DNA of 58,825 nt, the filler included, from Sphacelaria rigidula (lineage: Eukaryota): NCBI GenBank assembly GCA_964200075.2. It is 7 parts of 7 records of this genome, joined end to end, with 100 filler letters (N's around TTAATTAATTAA, not from the genome) between each part and the next. Parts side by side here need not be neighbours in the genome. Positions count along the whole stretch, not along the records: positions 8,420 to 16,738 come from CAXNAA020011541.1; positions 16,839 to 25,156 come from CAXNAA020011542.1; positions 25,257 to 33,574 come from CAXNAA020011543.1; 4 more parts are not named here. One strand, written 5' to 3'. Below are positions 13,199 through 25,300 of the stretch, piece after piece. A program made the position numbers and the translations under genes. Positions within the stretch are counted from its first letter, which is position 1; each line of letters begins with the position of its first letter. Under the pieces are notes generated by a model. The model was not told the origin of the DNA and did no database searches. It was given only the letters and a program-made list of their open reading frames with translations.

Positions 13199-13558
13199 GA
13201 TCATCCCGGTGCCTCAGTTGGTAACCTCGAAACCTTCTCACGGTTGAGTCGCGGGTTCGGAATTCGGAGCGATCTGGGATGTTTTTCTCGCACAACCCTC
13301 AACAGTGGAGAGCGACGATGTAGCGGGTACACAAAATTCGACTTAATGGCCGACGAGGGAAAGGGACCGCTGAACCTCTCTCGCAAAAAAAATAAAGGCA
13401 AGCACCGCAGAGGGAAGGTGTAGTGCTAGAACAAATGAAACAAAAAACGCTTGTGTTGACCTTCCTCCTGTGTGACCCTGGTTGGTGCGCCCACAGATAC
13501 CGAAAAGTGTCGACCGCGGCGTCCAGGAAAAGAAGGGATGACAGCACAGCACACACAC
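13199..13558 (+). mobile_element. tRNA-derived SINE, copy 1
   Basis: A-box-like GGTGCCTCAGTTGGT, B-box-like GGTTCGGAATTC, ~360 bp, (CA)n tail. Colinear with 18626-18979. It interrupts one arm of an inverted repeat. Confidence 0.8.
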
Positions 13559-14901
13559 TACCACCAGCGTTGCTTGAAAGCCACAAGGCGTTTGCGGTCG
13601 GCGGTTGGTGGCGTGGTTCTTGAATGCAACGACAAGCGGTTGATCATAGAGCACTCTTGTTCCTCATGAAACATATCTCGCCCCAGTTTGTAATGAATAA
13701 TCTCCTCACTTGGGAATCATCGAAAGCCACCGCGACATACGCAGTGGGTGGGGTGGGTGCTCAAGATTGCAGCATAGGGGCATCCCCATGCGCCACGCCA
13801 GCAACAGTGAGGTCACCACCGTAGTATTTTTTTCACTCCGTATGACAAGAACGTCTTCACAAGTGTTTGGTCTCTCAAACACCCCCCCAATTGGCATGTG
13901 GCACGCTCTTGTTGTCGCGCACGCACAGGGTCACATGTCGGGTAAAATCATCGACGAATAACACCCCCCAAGTTGCGATTGGATCTGTTTGCCGCAGCAC
14001 CGTCCTTGCTGGCACGTGTGTGGCAGAGAACAGTAGCGGTGACGGGAACACCGCCTTGTTTTTCAACGACGTATTCTGCAGCGCACAGAGGCGCGTCCTG
14101 TCCAAAAAGAGAGGGAGAAAGGAATCGATCTTTGCATTGGTAAGCTCCACAGTCAAAAAGAGACGACACCTGGGCACCTCGATGTTCTTTGGGGCGCTGT
14201 GCAGCAATTACCTGCCTATCGACACATGGGGAATGGGGTACATGCTGGTGACATGCATTATGCCAGTCTCTCGAGCGATTGGGAATCGCCGAGCGGGGAC
14301 ACAGAAAGGATACGGGCGAGGAACTTTCTCTCGGCCGTTACTCCTCCGGTGGTATCGTCATCGACACGCGTGTGCACAGCATTCGTTCGGTGCACCTGGC
14401 CACGACTGCTTACCTTCTGCAGAGTTGGGGGGGGGGGAAGATGGTTCACCTTGGTGTAACCGTTTCGCGCCATTTCTACAGAAACGATATGCCGCTTGAA
14501 CCCCATTGTGGTGTTCAACCCCAAAAATTTGAACCCGCTGTTGGCTGGTTTACCCAGACAATTAGAGTGTACATCGCAGGGAGACCACCCTGTCTATACA
14601 GCAGCATACTATCAAACATTTATTCGTGAAGCGTGTGTTTTATTGTGGGTGGGACACGGTACCACCGGCCATACCGTAAAGTTGTGACTTCACTACAATT
14701 TCATAGAAATCCTAGACATATGGTTATTTCACAGAGGTGTAATGGGCCGTTTCGTTGACGGCCCAGCTGCTTTTTCTGACACTGCGTCTGGATTTATATT
14801 TTTCAAGTGGTTGCGACTTTGATTATCTCACTCGTGGGGTGGTACTTCGGTGACGGCACAGCATGGTTATAAAGTCCTTCACACCAACCCCCCGTAGCAA
14901 A

Positions 14902-15234
14902 CACACGCGGCCATTCGGCTACACCCCAAAATGCCCCCGGAGGGATGCGCGGCCCCCCAGGGGGAAAACAAGCCTCCGGAGGCCTTCCATCCCTCTGGAG
15001 GATACCAAACTTTACCGACCCGGAGGGCCGCGCACCCCTCCGGAGGAATTGGGGGGTATGCGCGGCCCTCCGGAGGCAAGAATGAGCCTCGGGAGGCGTT
15101 TAATCCCTCTGGAGGAAAGCAAAAAATTTCCTCTGGAGGGCTGCGCACCCCTCCGGAGGCGTGCAAGTCCTCTGGAGACTCGAAAAGTGTACCCACCTGG
15201 AGGAAGTTTGGAGGTAGCCAAATGGCCGCGTGTG
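14902..15234. mobile_element. MITE related to 11780-12303, with internal CCTC(C/T)GGAGG palindromic repeats
   Basis: Ends CACACGCGGCCATTCGGCTA and TAGCCAAATGGCCGCGTGTG, with many CCTCYGGAGG-type units inside. Confidence 0.75.
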
Positions 15235-15235
15235 A

Positions 15236-15995
15236 AGGAAGGCGACAGCTAGCTCGTCTTTCTGTCATCCAAGGGATGTATCATTCTTACTGTAAGAAAG
15301 CCATACCCTTTGCTGTCACTGGCCATCTGTATATCTCATCTTGCTTCACCTCGGATAATTTTCTGTTGTTATGCTACTTCGGAATAAAGGCGACATCGTG
15401 GACACAGCTTACCCAAGATGTATCCGAATGGTCTCGAGTTGTAGAGGAGGGGGCTAGTTTGCATTTGACAGCTTGGACCAAAGCACGCCAAGCTTAGGAG
15501 TTGTTTGCTGTACTGCCTCTAGAGTTTCCCCCGTGCCGACCGAAGACCTCCAAACAGTAACCTGTAGTCCATTCGGGCGTGGACTCGCTGGTACATCTGC
15601 CGCCTTCCTCCGAACAGCTGTGGTAGTCTATGAGGGTGCCTGGGGTTGTTTTTCAGTCGTGAGTTGAACCCTAACATGGTGACCATGCTAATCTCCTTGT
15701 GCCACCTGTCTTTACCTGTATTGTCTGTTTTTTTGTCCTTCTTTATCGTATCTCTTCCTCTCTTTCTGCAAACATTTTTGGCATATCATCTGGCGTTTTT
15801 TGTAGTTTGTGTGTTTGTGTATTTGTTTTTCTTTCTTTCTTTTATCTCCGCGTTGAACTCGGGGGAGCTACTTCTCACCGGTTTTCGTAGCGTCTTTCTT
15901 CTTATTTACTTTTTTGCATATGTCTGGTAAGGAATAGCAGGGACGGTATTGGAAAGGCGAGCCTACGTCTGTGACCACGGGTTCGCGAGATAGGA
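15236..15995 (+). mobile_element. RTE-like LINE 3' remnant; its 3' end is shared with 43600-43840
   Basis: Reads FGIKATSWTQLTQDVSEWSRVVEEGASLHLTAW. The motif GGAATAGCAGGGACGGTATTGGAAAG-CGAGCCTACGTCTGTGACCACGGGTTCG occurs at ~15930 and ~43780. Confidence 0.65.
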
Positions 15996-16885
15996 CTGAT
16001 GTAAGGAAATAGTAATAATAAAACAAAAAGACGTCACGTGCACGTCGTAGAGAAAGGCGGTGCTATCGTTGTCGCTGTGCGTTGTTTCATGCTCCCTGAT
16101 GGCATAACGCCAGAAAAGGATTATGTCGGCATTACTGCTGCTACTGTAGCTCTGTATTCTTGGTCGCGGTGCTTTTGTTCGGCATGGCTCGTGTTGAGCG
16201 GTGCCGCGCAGACAGTACTCACGCGATACCGACCGCCTGGCCAGGTTGGTGCATCTTATTGCGGTAAAGATACGGTTGGTACCGCGACAGAAATTGTTTG
16301 AAGATGCAATGGCGAAGACGACCAAATACTCTACACACGAGACATCAGACAGCTAACGCAAACATGCATTCCTCTTGCATGTGTGATCCCGTGTGCTAGA
16401 GCACCGACCGCCCTCCTTCGAAGGTATGCCGTATAAGCTTCTTTCATGATGACATGGTGCCTGTGAAAATATCATCGATATCCAGTAGTGAACTGTTCTG
16501 GGCTGTAGCCAGCTAGCGGAGGGAAATGAAGCCCAGACCGGGCCTGGGCAGAAAAAACAAATGAAAAAATCGGTCTTATTGACCTCTCTGCGGCACATGG
16601 AGCTTGAGTAGCGCACGTGTGTCCACCAACACAGAAATCCAGGCAGGGTCAAGGTTGAATCCGTTCACGGTTAGGACAAATCATCACGACTCAAAATCAC
16701 CAAATTCACGATTTCTTCGGTCTGATTGCCCGAAAGGGNNNNNNNNNNNNNNNNNNNNNNNNNNNNNNNNNNNNNNNNNNNNTTAATTAATTAANNNNNN
16801 NNNNNNNNNNNNNNNNNNNNNNNNNNNNNNNNNNNNNNCTTTCCACGGTGGAAATCATACATTACGAAGAAAAAACCCAACGCAT

Positions 16886-16950
16886 CGGGCATTGAACCCC
16901 CGTTCTCTCCACCCTGATGGCGGCGGTCGGACCATCACACCACCGGGGCG
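16886..16950 (-). mobile_element. tRNA-like head of a second SINE family, or a tRNA pseudogene
   Basis: The minus strand reads GCCCCGGTGGTGTGATGGTC...GGGGGTTCAATGCCC with A- and B-box spacing, but I cannot fold an intact cloverleaf. Confidence 0.45.
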
Positions 16951-17686
16951 CGGCGGCAGTGCACTACTGTTGCCTATTTTATCATATACACCACACTGTT
17001 GTTGACATCCAACACGTAATGCATGTAGCTGCAACAAATACCGGCTAGATTATTATAGATCACACCCTTGGCCCAAGAATACCAACAATAAAATCGTTGC
17101 GAACACATGGAATGTCCTGCGTGCAAAACTCTCCACCTCAAGCCGCTGGTGGCAGGACTACACAGGTGAAAAACTCAAAACTTGAGTAAATAGCCCGTAA
17201 GACGATGACGATACTCCGACGTGATGAGTTAAAATGCAATGATGCGCGAATCAGGCTTTGACTATCTAGGCGGTATGTTTCCATGTTGATGATGCGTCTG
17301 TTGAATTATTTATACGTATAGCAAATTAAATGGCGTACAGCCCTCCGGTGAGCCCCATTGTTGGAAAGTCAAATTTCCTTCTGCTCAACAAAGAGTCAAA
17401 AGCCGGCTTCTTACTTCTTGCCGCGGAGCATATACGAGGTTCTTGAGAGCACGTATACGTAATTCTTGTGAGAGCGAGTCGCGGCTGTATGGCTGGAGCT
17501 CGCACCGAATCATGACTGAAAAATGCGAAACAATCGAGGGATCGATGGATTAAAAGTGTGAACATATTTTCACGCGCCCTTCATGATCATCATTATTGCA
17601 GAGTAAAGGCATTCGCTTTCAAACAACAGAGAGCAATAACCGTGACTGATGCAGGGGATGACACATATGAGAAGTCGTTCGTTTAC

Positions 17687-17776
17687 CGCTTGCGCTTCCT
17701 TGAGCTCTTTCCACGCTTCGTCCTCCGCCACTTCCGCCGGGTCCCTGCTATCGCGCAGCTCTTCCAGCTTCTGGAT
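17687..17776 (-). CDS. Orphan internal exon IQKLEELRDSRDPAEVAEDEAWKELKEAQA (unknown protein; may belong to a pseudogene)
   Basis: GTACAG| acceptor and |GTAAAC donor, 90 nt, phase 0-0, GC3-rich, helical charged peptide. Confidence 0.55.
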
Positions 17777-18625
17777 CTGTACGCCCGAATGAATTTGGAC
17801 AGAATTTTCGACGATACAATTTGCAAAGGATAGTACGGCACCGTCATTCTCTTATTCAGTAGAGAGCCGGCAAAAATAGAAGAAAAAGAAAAGGAGGAAG
17901 AAAATATTCACAGGTTCTCTACGGATGCTGTTTCTTGCATGGCCTCACGCGATAAGTAGGTGGACGCTAGTTTTCTCATTACTCTAAATATGTTGATGAA
18001 AGCGGTCGAGGTCAGTCTCAGGAGAAGGAAAAGGAGGAGGAGGAGGAGGAGGAGGGGGAGGAGGAGGAGGAGTGGCCGCATGGTTTAACACACGTACACT
18101 TACACTTACGCCCCCGCGTCCCGGTGATCTAAATTAAAATGACACAATTATCGACAATGGGGGGTGGAAAGAACGCGAGTTTGATTACTGCCACATGCAT
18201 TTGGGTTTTGCTTCAAAATATTCTGATCTTCGTCGTTGGAAGCGTGAGGACGTACGTGAGTAACAACAAGGATTTTGTTCGGCTGAGTTTGTTTGACGGG
18301 AGTGGACGCGGTGTGTTGTTGCTGATGGTCATGATCCAATCCGCGGGACCAAAATGCAAGGCGTGTACTGGAGAGGAATGGGTTTATCCCTTGAGGTCGC
18401 CCACTCGTCCCGAGGAAGTAAAGAGGTTGAAAGTGTGACCTTGAACGCGGACATATATACACACACAAAGCTGTACGTATACGCACGCAGTTCAGCATTG
18501 TGACAAAATAGGTTACGATGTGTACTTGCTTCAGAAAAATCTGGTTCTAATGAAGGAAAGTGTTCATGACAAAATTGGTTCTACGTACTCACTGAAAAAT
18601 ACTATTCGTACATACACCTGGTGCC

Positions 18626-18979
18626 GGTCGCCCCGCTGGTTCAGTTGGTAACCTCAAAATTTTCTGACGGTTGGATCGTGGGTTCAAATCTCGGAGCGAT
18701 CTGGGATTTTTCCTCAGACCATGCCCAACAGTGGAGAGCGACCATGTCGTGGGTACAAAAAATTCGACTTGACGGTCGACGAGGAAAAGGGAGTGCTAAA
18801 CCCCTCTCGCGACATAAAATAAAGACAAGCACCACAGAAGGAAGGTAGAGTACAAAAAGCAAAACAAGAAAACTCTTGTGCTGGCCTTCCTCCTGTGTGA
18901 CCCCGGCTGGTGCACCCACATATACCGAAAGGTGTAGACCGGCGTCCATAATAGATGGAACGACAACACACACACACAC
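18626..18979 (+). mobile_element. tRNA-derived SINE, copy 2
   Basis: A box TGGTTCAGTTGGT, B box GGTTCAAATC, same body as 13199-13558, (CA)n tail. Confidence 0.8.
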
Positions 18980-20759
18980 TGCAAAAAAACACTCCATCAC
19001 ACAGGCCAGTAGGCATGACGCACAGACAGATAGCCACCAGAACACTTGAATATGTGGATGACCGGTCGACAGAACAATACCCAGAAGTTAGCCTCCACTC
19101 CTGCATAAGCCAGGCGGAATCGTTTTGTGGTAAGGTTGAGGGTCAGAGCTAGGACTGGGTGTCCCAGGTGACTATCCATATCGCAGGTAAGGGTTCGTCC
19201 GAAGTATCCGAAGTATCCCAGGTTCAGATAGATATCCCAGATGTGTCTGACATCCCAAATGGATGTCCATATGGCACAGATGGGAATGCCTGGCGACTAT
19301 TCCAGATGGATATCCATATCTCAAATTGGTATCCATATTCCAAATGAATACTCGCATTCCAAATTGATATCCATCTTCTCAATTCATGTTCATATTCCAA
19401 ATTGGTATCTGTATTCCATATTGATATCCATACTTCAGATGTATACTGTGTGATATCTCTGATTGATATCACCGATAGAGGTCGCACGATAATGCCGGCT
19501 TCCATGAAAGAAGTAGGCAGGAAAGATGGGGAATAGATATTCAATGTATATACTAAAGCATACCGCGATAAGTTAATGCCCGATACGTTTCAGTAAATGC
19601 AAGTCAGAATATCCCGATGGATGTCCTCGGCGAATCTGACATCCCAGATATAAGCCAGACGAATGGTCCAGATGAATATCCATATCTCTGACGGATGCTG
19701 GACGATTATGGAACATCATGTTCCCCCTCCTTATTTCGTGTTTTCTTAGCCCTTAGCCCGCCGCCTTAGTGTTACGCTTCCCTCCTACCAAGTTGGCGGC
19801 TATTACAACAGTTCCTGAGCGACAGTGTGGTCTCCAGGCAATTGAGTGCCAATCTACTTCCACGGCCTTGAGTTCTGTACAGCCCCCATCCTGCATTGAA
19901 GCTCCGGCATGGGCCTCTCCTTGTTTTTTTCTTGCCGTTTTTCCTTGAGCCCGAAACTGGTCCTAAGCCCAGCAACGTCCACAAGTCAGTTCAGTCCCTT
20001 TGTTTCCTCCTCATTTTTCTTTTGTTTTGTTCAAAATTTCGCCCATTTTCAAGTTTCCTCCGCGAGTGCCTCCGTCTACTGCACTTACCTTGGGTACCTC
20101 TATCTTCTGATGACCTCTGCTAGACTCGTAGCCGATCAGCTAGCGATCGACAATTGTCAACCAACCAACTAACTAATCAATCCGCCGTGTTCTCTAATTT
20201 TGCCAACTCTCCGTGCTTTTAGCCCTCATTAGCGTCACTCTCAGCGTCACACACACTGCACACACACAGCAGTTCCAAAAACGAACAAAGGATCATACTG
20301 GACAGTACACTACCATAATAGAATTTTTTATTTCAATACGTCTTCTGCTCCAAAGTCACTATGATATATATATATATATATATGTGTGTGTGTTCGTATA
20401 AAGTACTCCCAATTTTCAGATCGCGTTGTGTTTGGCATCTCCGCGATCCTGCACGTTCTTCTGGATGGATCTCCATCTTGTGGTGGACATTGGTGACATA
20501 CAATGAGTTCGCGCGTGGTGTAAGTCGGCGGGAAAACGGTGTAATTTTGCCCGTGTTTTCAAATCTTCCAGTGTGAGAGGGAAACAAAACTATTGAAATA
20601 AACTATTGCAATAGCCCGCAATTGAGTATACCCCACTCGGGCTGCCCTTGACCTATTGTAATACTCAGGAACATGGACGTACTCTGAGTTACCGTCTCTC
20701 GCGGAATACGTATCGAAACTGAACTCGGAACAGCTTGTACCAACGCAAACTTCTTCAAC

Positions 20760-20981
20760 TTTCGATCGATCGATCGATTGATTGGTCGAATAATTGGTTG
20801 TCGCACTTGAACGAATTCCCAAGGGATCCTCCCGAGGTCACATTAGTCACATGATGGACGTGACGTACCCGTGATGAAGAAATAGTGACAACTAAAGCTA
20901 AAACTCTCGGTGAAGAAAAGTGAAGGGAAAAAAACAAAAAGAAAAAAGTAGAACAGACAAGAAGGGTAGACCAATAAAGGA

Positions 20982-21033
<52 letters not shown>

Positions 21034-21490
21034 AATGGGAAAAGAGAGATGAAAGACGAAACAAAGGCACAACCGAAATACAAGAAGACTATAAATTGCC
21101 GGCCTCTGCCACATGACTTCAGGGGAAAATGTTTTGAACAGAAACCACACTCATGCCCAACCATGGAAAACGAAAATGCCGTGGGAACACATTGTGACGC
21201 ATCTACTGCGACTTCACTTTTTTGCGCATACATCATCTCTCATCCACGAACCCTAGGGAAGCGAGACACCACAACCGCTCTTGTAGACAGCGGCAGGAAA
21301 GATCACACACAAAGAGAAATGGGGAAGGAAAGACAGAACAGAGGTAAAGGAGATTACAAGCGTGACGTAACCCAAAGGACATGGTACAGTAGAGCAGGTA
21401 CACACACACACACGCGCACACACACACACACCAAGGAGCATCGCCGAACCACTCACTGACTAAGGACAAAATCGACAACCGATATCGAGA
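20760..21490 (-). repeat. Retroposon 3'-UTR-type repeat, related copy at ~23455-24150
   Basis: Shared GCCGGCCT.TGCC, ACAGTAGAGCAGGTACA and AAGGACAAAATCGACAACCGAT, purine-rich simple repeats and ATCA-type tails. Confidence 0.6.
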
Positions 21491-22280
21491 GACAATGCAA
21501 GCCTCCAAAGCCAGCGCCTCTACATACGTAGCGATTGCACGATAGTGAGCCCGACTTGACGAGCTGCGACCAAATCCCAAAAGCGCGGTTAAATATTCCA
21601 AGGGGCGACCAAGCAGCGATTCACCTGAAAGTTACTTGCTTTATTCAGCGCAATTGTTTCCTACCGTACGGGAGTGATGCCACGGTAGGGGTGCCATTTT
21701 TTGTTTTTCTTCAGGGGCTCTTTTGTCGCACGAGCCTCTCGATGACAAATATCCATACCGTGGACAATAAAATACACAGTCAAAAAGTGTACTGCGTACA
21801 GTGTCGACTATTGCGCCTACTGCAACAGGCAGTATATTCCATACTGTACGCGGTACATTATTTGAGAACAGAATCTCTGTCATTATCTAGGGTGTGCAAA
21901 TATCTGGGCCTTAGGCCGTGTCTCAGCATACCGGTTTTCTATCGGAAAAGTGCGGTGGAGAAACAAATATTCCGATCTGATAGGTCGTGATGTCAACCAC
22001 AATAAAAATCAACTAAATACAATAGTGGAAATCACGACCTATCAGATAAGAGTTTTTTCCTTTTTCCGCCGCTCATTTTCAACCGAGAAAAACGACGTAC
22101 TAAGACATGCCCTTAGTGTGCAGCCTCAGAAAACTTTCGGGACTGAAAAGTGCACCCCTACCCCGTGGCATCAATCGCTCACGAATCAATGCTTGGTTTT
22201 TCGTTTCAGCGTTGCACTGCACCCCAGGCAAATGAAAGAGCGCAGAATTGTGCGTAGAGGATTTTTTTACTCGCGTTCAA

Positions 22281-22286
<6 letters not shown>

Positions 22287-22324
<38 letters not shown>
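22287..22324. repeat. (CT)n microsatellite; others are (GAAA)n at ~8795-8833 and ~20980-21035, (TTA)n at 33481-33530 and (CAA)n at ~40135-40178
   Basis: Simple repeats, directly visible. Confidence 0.95.
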
Positions 22325-22326
<2 letters not shown>

Positions 22327-25300
22327 AACAATCAGGCCTCAGTCAATCGTAGATTTGGTTATTCGAACAAGCGATGGAAATATTTTCACCAAACGCTTTT
22401 CAACAGCCCCTGTAGGAGAACTCGTGAGACACTCATATATCTCCCTTGGTATTGACCAAAGATTAGGAACGCTGGCTTCTGATACAGGCTATCACGGGGC
22501 CCAAACAGCAGTCTTAACGTTGGTGGTTCGGAAAACATAGAGAAAAAGTTCCCGAGAACATGAGGAAATAGTCCCACTCCGAGTTTGCGGTATTTCTACA
22601 TAAAAAAAATGTCGGACCAGAAACAAATCCACACCCGGTACAATAGATCACGTTGCCAAAAAGCGTACTGCGTACAGTATCGACGATTGCGTCTATTGCA
22701 ATACAAAAGAGGTGCTATACTGTACGCAGTACATTTTTTATAATGGAATCTATTGTCCGGGGTGTGAAAAAAAAAAAACATTGCAATCTAAACGAAAAAC
22801 GATTCTGCATTATTCCCATGGACACCTCGTGGAATGGGATACCCCAGATCGTGACATACAAACCACCGAACGTAGATTACTTTTACCTTCGAAACAGGAA
22901 GTATACCGTTTGTCGACACACCGCTGGACACTTTCTTCACGGCAAACGCACAATTTTACTTCGTTCGCCCTCTTTTACGTCTTTCCTTTCTCATTCCCCC
23001 CCCCCTTTTCTTGAGCTTTTCTCGCAAGCAAGTTCCAGGAAATTTCCGTTAAACGTATCTTGGGTACGTCTATCGTGTGATCACGGCAGTGTTCGTAATG
23101 AATCAGTTGATGTGCGGTAACCAATCAATTAATCGACCAATTCATCAGCCAATCCATTCATGTATAAGAACCGAATCACTTGTGTCCAAAATTGAATGAT
23201 TTCCCGCATGACAATGTCCTTATCCGCCATGGAAACCCGGGCCTGAATGAAAGAGGGACATGAACAATTCCCCGTGCGTACTGGGTGAGCCAGATTCTGG
23301 GCTAAACCGGATGGATGATGACAGTGCTTGCTTAAAGGTTACTTACCTGGCAAGCACGTGTCTACAGCCTCAGACAAAAACTGACCGTAGATATTGACCG
23401 ACACGATTTCAATCTTTTTCAACCGCTGCAGCCCCTTCCTACACATGATTTTAACTTATTTGATTGATTATCGCACGTCAACTGATCTCCCATGGACCTT
23501 GCCGTGGTAAAATGATATACGTACCCTGGATGGGAAAAAAAAAAGGACGGAACCACTTGCTGAAGAAGAGTGAAGGAAAGAGAAAAGGTTGAACAGACAC
23601 GACGAGTATACTTGAAAAAATAGAAGACAAAACACAAACAAAAAAAAAAGAGACGAAAAGAATAAGAAAAAGAATCTAGGAACGGCCGGCCTTTGCCCAT
23701 GGGTTGCGGTGGAAAAGGTCTTGCGCACCAGCGCGCGCATTTATCCCCGATCGAGAGGAATAACAAAATGCCTTGGGGACAGATTGCGGCTCATTTATTT
23801 CGGCCGCTACATTTTGGGTATGAGTTCTCAACCATCAATCCTACGTACGTGAGGCGCCAACTGCGACTTGTATACATCGGGAGGAAATAACACACGCGCA
23901 CACATGGGGAGAGATAGATGGGCAGAAGAAATATGAGAAGAGAGGAGAAGGACACTGCAGAAGCGACGGAGACCAAGGACACGGGACAGTAGAGCAGGTA
24001 CAAGCACACAAACCAGGGAACACCGCAAGCCCACCACCGACCAAGGACGAAAACAGCAACCGATAGGAGAGGACAGGGGTCAAGGACAGAATCAAGCACA
24101 GAATCAAGGACAGAATCAAGGACAAAGTCAAGGACAAAATCGACAACCGATCGGAGAGGAAAGGGGTACATCAGCTTCCGTGCTAGCCAATCTTCCCCCA
24201 TTCATCGCTAGTCGGGTACAGAGCGGACCACTCTCTCGGTCATTTTTCATCTTGGATTTTTCGCAAGTTGTTGCTATGTGTTGTTTCAGCGGTGGCAGCT
24301 CTCGGATTGGCAGCTCTCGGCGCATCAGCTTCCTGTTCTCGCCGGAGGTCCGATTCGCGTTTGTGTTTGCATTGCCACGTGTCCCCCAAATCTTCCGCCC
24401 CTTTCTCGACTTTGAGATTTATCGCGATGTGGAAAACGAACACACACTCTCTGGGTCTTGTTGTTGTGCCCCATTCTTCAGGCTTGGCGGTGTTTCGCAA
24501 CGACACCGTAAAACACGCCGCCCACTGTGTGACCTAGACGATAAGGTTACCGCATTTTGTTTTCTCGCTAAAATCATGATTACCCCCGGCCCGCCCCCCC
24601 CCTTTCCCCCTTTTTTCGTACCCGGGCTTGTATATTTTTCTGAGTTTTTGCTCGCCAATTATTTCCTTTGGCCACCTCGTGTTGAGATTACCAGCCCTGC
24701 CCCTTCAGAAGAAAAGCTCGGGTATTATGAATCAACGGTAGATAGATCCCTGGGGATGAGACGCTCACGGAGTTCCACTACTTAATGAGTGGTCAAGAGG
24801 GAAGGGGGGGTGTACTCATTCATCATCATGCATGCCATAGTGATATAACCATTGACCTCGCGTCCCTAAAATGCCGGGACGGAGCACGCCAGGTTTTCGC
24901 CGGACGATGTTCGCACTAAAACCACCAAGCGCGAAGCACCGTGGTGTGCTCGGCGCGTCGCATGAAGGGTGAGCTGCATCCTGCTAAGATTTTTCGACCC
25001 GAAGCCTAGTGATTATCGTGCATGTGGATGACAACCTACGATGAGTTGCTTCATTTCCTGGTATCGCCACTTCCTGAGACAGCCACGGCTTGTACACTGC
25101 CTCATGGGTGTCTCACCATTTAAATCCTATATAGTACGATCATTCCCCTTGTGCGGNNNNNNNNNNNNNNNNNNNNNNNNNNNNNNNNNNNNNNNNNNNN
25201 TTAATTAATTAANNNNNNNNNNNNNNNNNNNNNNNNNNNNNNNNNNNNNNNNNNNNTGACGCGCATAATGAGGTGCCTCCTACATACCTCGAACGCTAAC

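Larger units (their letters stand above)
11693..13901. repeat. Large foldback (arms ~11693-12750 and ~13011-13901, ~540 bp net each)
   Basis: The arms are reverse-complement matches from CCACACGCCAATTGGGG to ...CTCTCAAGAGCT. A MITE sits in the left arm and a SINE in the right arm. Confidence 0.9.
9990..16460 (-). pseudogene. Decayed multi-exon gene, Cys/His-rich, possibly transposase-derived
   Basis: Phase-compatible GT-AG exons at 14212-14416, 13927-14097, 11593-11684 and from 11450 splice to ...GIMHVTSMYPIPHVSIGR-TRLCAL...WGVLFVDDFTRHVTL-VDNDPV**TIKQLDHGYTFFSLMMTWWEIY-RSTHMLSK..., with in-frame stops. Further candidate exons at 16223-16330, ~10940-11110, ~10573-10754 and ~10370-10510 have ambiguous frames. 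Confidence 0.5.

Noticed and set aside
13199..13275. Functional tRNA gene (also 18626-18700)
   Set aside because: The cloverleaf is degenerate and fused to a shared ~290-bp body with a CA tail, so it is a SINE head.
16223..16330. QPGQAVGIA resembling the RNA polymerase largest-subunit PGEAVG motif
   Set aside because: No following AQSIGEP/TQMTLNTFH motif was found, the frame is ambiguous, and neighbouring exons carry stops.
16460..17776. Joining the 17687-17776 exon to the 9990-16460 pseudogene, or seeking fabZ exon 3 below 41991
   Set aside because: They lie on different, non-adjacent scaffolds, and no FabZ C-terminal motif was found elsewhere in the window.
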